64,000 nucleotides of DNA from Octopus sinensis (lineage: Eukaryota): contig NC_042998.1 of NCBI RefSeq assembly GCF_006345805.1, forward strand, positions 39,184,001 through 39,248,000, read 5' to 3'. Below the pieces are notes generated by a model that worked only from the letters and a program-made list of their open reading frames with translations, was not told the DNA's origin and searched no databases. The translations under genes were made by a program, and so were the position numbers. Positions 61,001 to 64,000 of this stretch are shown here, piece after piece (the stretch's first letter is position 1; every line of letters begins with the position of its first letter).

Positions 61001-63384
61001 TGGACCAACAATTTGTCACCTGCCATGACCATTTCAAAAGCGTTTTTGCATTCCTCAACACAACCGAGGAGATCGTGCACAACCGTAAGCTCGCAGAATC
61101 GTTAGCACGCCGGGTGAAATGCTTAGCGGTATTTCGTCTGCCGTTACGTTCTGAGTTCAAATTCCGCCGAGGTCGACTTCGCCTTTCACCCTTTCGGAGT
61201 TGATAAATTAAGTACCAGTTACACACTGGGGTCAATGTAATCAACTTTCCCTTTGTCTGTCCTTGTTTGTCCCCTCTAAGTTTAGCCCCTTGTGGGCAAT
61301 AAAGAAATAAGAAACTCAGTCTTTGTTTTGAGATGACCCCACTCTACAACACTTTATATTTCCCACACTGCTATAAACAACAGAAGAGAGAGAGAGAACA
61401 TTATGATTTAGTGTGCATGTGCTACAGAGTTGAAGGTCAACCTGTGCCAAGAAGCTTCACTCTGTGTACTTTAGCTCTGTTACCATAGCAACAGTCTCGA
61501 TACTTTTTGATCAGACCTCGAACTGGCTTTAAAATACTTGAAATGAGTTTAAAGATAGCAGGTGGCTGTGTAGATGAAATGGTAGAATGCTAGACTAAAT
61601 GTAGTATTTAGTTGTCTGTCTTCATGTTCTAAGTTCAAATCCATCTGGTTGTCACTTTGCTTTCTATCCTACTAAGATTAGTTGACCCACTGACATTAAT
61701 GTTTTAAGATGAATTCAAGTAACTATAAACCTCTGTATAAGTGTAATCAATATTTTATATTAACGAGCGGTGAGCTGATTAAAGAGTCGTTAGCATGCTG
61801 GACAAAATGCTTGGCAGTATTTTGTCCATCTTTACATTCTGAGTTCAAGTTGTACTGAGGTCGACTTTGTTTTTCATCCTTTTGGGGTTGATAAATTAAG
61901 TACCAACTGATTATTGGGGTCAACATAATCAACCCACCACTCCTCTCAAAATTGTGCCAAAATTTAAAATCAATATTAAATATCAAAGCATAATCCTGTG
62001 AGAGAAGTTCTGGAGCTGATAAAATCCCATCTGTTTCTTGCTCTGATAATTCTGAAAGATTAATGGATATTTTACAGCAATATTAATTGTAGTCTCAATA
62101 TCAATCATTTTATATCTTTACTTTCAGGTCTCATCTGGTCTCGCTATTCAATGGTTATAATCCCTAAAAACTACAGTTTGTTTGCTGTAAATATATTTGT
62201 AGCTCTCACTGGAATGTATCAGTTGAAGAGGATTTTCATGTAAGTTTTCTATTTTCACTTACAGATATTTAGCATCCGTTGCTTTATAAATCACAGGTTT
62301 TTACATTATTTTTAAAGTTGATTCATCTTCATTGCCAATGAAATCGTTTCTCTGACTAATTAATATCAACATTCCTGAGTCTTGTTTGAATATGTAAAAC
62401 AAATTTTTCAATAATTTAAACCCCTTTTCTCATTGGGTGCACGTGTACTTTTTGATATCACCTCATACATAAACACACATACACACACACACACATACAT
62501 ACATTCATTCATACATACATACATACAGACATACATACATACATACAGACATACATACACAAACACACACATACATACATAGACAAATCAATTTACATAG
62601 AACATAAAAAATATAGACTACCAAGGAGGGAGTGCATAGATGTCTCTCATGGCCACTCTTTACCGTGAACCTGGTCCTTAATAAAGCTTTCAAAGTTTAA
62701 ATTCAACTCATTTGAGCACTACTACATGTCTTTATATTGGGCATCTCTGGCTCTCACCTTTTCACTGTAGATAATCATGTGTGTGTGTTGATGTGTGTAT
62801 ACAGATATATAGGTATATCTATGTATGTGTGTTTCTGTGTTGGTGTATGGTTTCCTTTGTCTCTGGGTCTGTATATGTCTGTCTGTCAATTTATGTGTGT
62901 GTGTGTGTGCAGGTGTGTATACCTACATACGATTGTATTTATATGTATGGGTTTCTTTCTCTTATGTATGCTTGTGTGTGTATAAGTGTGTATATGCGTC
63001 TGACTATGATATTAAGTGTGTCTAATCTGCTGTTCCTTTGTTACTTAAATAATTTCATATGACACTCTTTGCTCAGTTAATGCTTTGTGAGTTTTGAGTT
63101 CTAACACCAGGTTGTTAGTATCACAATACCTGAGTGAAATATTAACTCTTGTGTGTATGTGTGTGAGTGTGCTTGTTGGTGTACATGTGCATGCATGTGT
63201 TTGTGTACATGTGCTTGTGTGTGTGCATGCATCAGGTGCCCTTGCTAGTGTCTTTCAAAATCTCTCCCATTCCAATTTTTTTAATTTTAATTTTCAGTTA
63301 TTTGCTTTTTTAAGTTTCTCTTTTCTGCTCTACAACTGAAATAATGTTTCTTTTTACAGGTACCGCAATTATCAACAGTCATGA
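47712..63384 (+). CDS. MPC2: Mitochondrial pyruvate carrier 2, 5 coding exons (47712-47796, 53646-53686, 59390-59474, 62128-62239, 63360-63384), 115 aa
   Basis: Manual splicing gives MAAVYRSAIKALDKLVPSRMVPLWNHPAGPKTIFFWAPAFKWSLVIAGLGDLSRPAEKLSLTQSSALMATGLIWSRYSMVIIPKNYSLFAVNIFVALTGMYQLKRIFMYRNYQQS*. Contains the MPC2/Brp44 motifs NHPAGPxTxFFWAP, RPAEKLS and WSRYSxVIIPKN. All four introns GT-AG; 85+41+85+112+25=348 nt, in frame. Confidence 0.96.
49307..50170 (-). mobile_element. Two tandem RTE LINE 3' end copies in MPC2 intron 1 (49307-49700, 49741-50170)
   Basis: (CAT)n TTAACGTCCG..CATGCTAGCATGGG starts; the second reaches the RT C-terminal GRPRKTW region. Confidence 0.85.
50523..51083 (+). 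mobile_element. Internally deleted Tc1/mariner-superfamily element in MPC2 intron 1
   Basis: 31-bp TIRs CAGGGTGGCTCAAAAGTAGGTTTACAGTTAT (2 mismatches), TA on both sides, transposase remnant WFGRRGSFEWPPHSPDLTPMDF. Confidence 0.9.
51510..51890 (-). mobile_element. CORE-type SINE in MPC2 intron 1
   Basis: Matches 56105-56470. Confidence 0.8.
52083..52210. mobile_element. Small MITE with ~33-bp imperfect TIRs
   Basis: TATGTGACAATTAGTCGGTTGTCATAATAAAAC / GTTTTATTATGTCAATCAACTAATGTCACATA. Confidence 0.7.
52230..52470 (-). mobile_element. RTE LINE 3' end copy
   Basis: (CAT)n TTAACGTCCACTTTCCATGCTAGCATGGG after (TA)n. Confidence 0.85.
52943..53165 (-). mobile_element. Degenerate RTE LINE 3' end copy
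   Basis: (CAT)n GTTTAAC...TGCACCAGGCTCC...CTTCCTAATGCCAACCACT. Confidence 0.7.
53646..53686 (+). CDS. MPC2: MPC2 coding exon 2 (41 nt)
   Basis: Acceptor TTGTAG|, encodes GPKTIFFWAPAFKW, donor TGG|GTAATG. Confidence 0.95.
55218..55373. repeat. Solo copy of the ~158-bp unit of the 46346-47474 element, in MPC2 intron 2
   Basis: GATCTTGGGACTTTTCCGAAAGTCCTCTCCC...TGCCGTTTGAAAGGTATTTCTATAAAATTT matches 47226-47340. Confidence 0.8.
55725..56012 (+). mobile_element. RTE LINE 3' end copy in MPC2 intron 2
   Basis: Ends CATGCTAGCATGGAAAACGGACGTTAAAT(GAT)n. Confidence 0.85.
56105..56470 (-). mobile_element. CORE-type tRNA SINE, near full length
   Basis: Minus strand: GGTTCCAGGTTCAGTCCC head, ACCTTGGGCAAGTGTCTT core, tail GGCGGTGCTCCAGCATGGCC..GACTGAAACAAGTAAAAG. 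Confidence 0.85.
56610..56950 (+). mobile_element. CORE-type SINE, inverted relative to the neighbour at 56105-56470
   Basis: CACTTTGGGCAAGTGTCTTCTGCTATA...CTCCAGCATAGCCACAGTCTCATGACTGAAAT. Confidence 0.8.
57622..57981. mobile_element. Inverted-repeat element in MPC2 intron 2 (~85-bp arms), possibly paired Penelope-like ends
   Basis: CAGAATGAGATAAAATCCAAGGCTGTGAAAGATTTCAGAA... and its reverse complement at 57894-57981; degenerate hammerhead on minus strand 57675-57722. Confidence 0.8.
58905..59110 (-). mobile_element. Degenerate RTE LINE 3' end copy
   Basis: TTTTCCATGCTGGTATGGGTTG...GGATGCCCTTCTTAATGCCAACCACT. Confidence 0.65.
59390..59474 (+). CDS. MPC2: MPC2 coding exon 3
   Basis: Polypyrimidine tract + TTTCAG|, encodes SLVIAGLGDLSRPAEKLSLTQSSALMAT-G, donor CAG|GTAACT. 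Confidence 0.95.
59610..60060 (-). mobile_element. Two tandem Nin-domain-like SINEs in MPC2 intron 3
   Basis: Reverse complements of the 30260-30491 family at about 59610-59830 and 59840-60060. Confidence 0.7.
61088..61310 (+). mobile_element. Nin-domain-like SINE in MPC2 intron 3 (young copy)
   Basis: High similarity to 30260-30491. Confidence 0.85.
61765..61960 (+). mobile_element. Nin-domain-like SINE (degenerate)
   Basis: GTCGTTAGCATGCTGG...GAGGTCGACTTTGTTTTTCATCC..GATAAATTAAGTACC. Confidence 0.7.
62128..62239 (+). CDS. MPC2: MPC2 coding exon 4
   Basis: TTTCAG|, encodes GLIWSRYSMVIIPKNYSLFAVNIFVALTGMYQLKRIF, donor AT|GTAAGT. Confidence 0.95.
63360..63384 (+). CDS. MPC2: MPC2 terminal coding exon
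   Basis: TTTTTACAG|G completes the Met codon, then YRNYQQS-TGA; phase matches exon 4. Confidence 0.85.
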
Positions 63385-63503
63385 TTTGGAAATACTGCAA
63401 AATATAGGAATTTTGATTTGAAATGCTCATTATTATTAAAGGAAGATTTATTTAAATTTTTGGAATAATTATTTGTTGATTTACAAAATGACCATGTTAA
63501 AGC

Positions 63504-63509
63504 AATAAA
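63504..63509 (+). terminator. Candidate polyadenylation signal AATAAA for MPC2
   Basis: AATAAA about 120 nt after the stop codon; AT-rich context so could be chance. Confidence 0.4.
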
Positions 63510-64000
63510 TTAAATTACATATATTAAACATTTGTTGTTGTTGTTATATTTAGCCCCCACCCCTTTAACCCTTTCACTACCAACCCAGCTGAAACCACCT
63601 CTGGCCCTGTAGTACAAAATGTCTTGTTTTCATAAGTTTTGAATTAAAATCTTCCACCAAACCTTAGTCACAATTTATGTTCCTAACTGAATGATAACCA
63701 AGTTATTTTACTAAATTTTTTGTTATATTTAAAGTAATTGAAAGAAATACAGAGCATCTCAAAATAAATACAGTAATGAAAGGGATATGATTCCGCAAGA
63801 AATTGTTGTTGACAAACAACCGCAGAATTTGTATTCACCTCAATAGACATCATTGATTGGTTGAAATTGCCGAAATGCAAGAAATAGGTTACAAACTACA
63901 GAATTTTCTCAAGAAAGCCAAGAGAAAAAGATGTTTTATGTAACACATTCTACCAGTATACGAAGTTTAAAAGTGTTTAGTTATAAAGAAATTATTTTTA

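Overview
Eukaryotic, AT-rich, repeat-dense DNA. The repeat landscape (tRNA-derived SINEs, RTE LINE 3' ends with (GAT)n tails, TA/CA/GATA microsatellites) suggests an octopus or other coleoid cephalopod (inference). One host gene is supported: a 5-exon mitochondrial pyruvate carrier 2 (MPC2; 47712-63384, +, 115 aa, all introns GT-AG, frame checked by hand). The rest is mobile DNA: RTE, CR1-like and R4-like LINE remnants, mariner/Tc1/hAT relics, SINEs, several foldback elements, and an RT-deleted Ty3/gypsy element with a -1 frameshift slippery site plus pseudoknot. The standout is a ~7-kb Merlin (IS1595/ISXO2-like) DNA transposon at 19955-27004 with ~2.08-kb inverted arms. Its arms contain tandem arrays of a ~314-bp unit (about 6.8 copies left, 2.8 right), and each unit carries a diverged copy of the last 32 codons plus 3' UTR of the element's own transposase. 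Other highlights: Penelope-type minimal hammerhead-ribozyme motifs, a 3' tail shared between a SINE family and the CR1-like LINE, a PHD-like finger inside an RTE reverse transcriptase, and a second tandem-armed foldback element abutting the MPC2 start. Coordinates of degenerate repeats are approximate; no database searches or folding programs were run.
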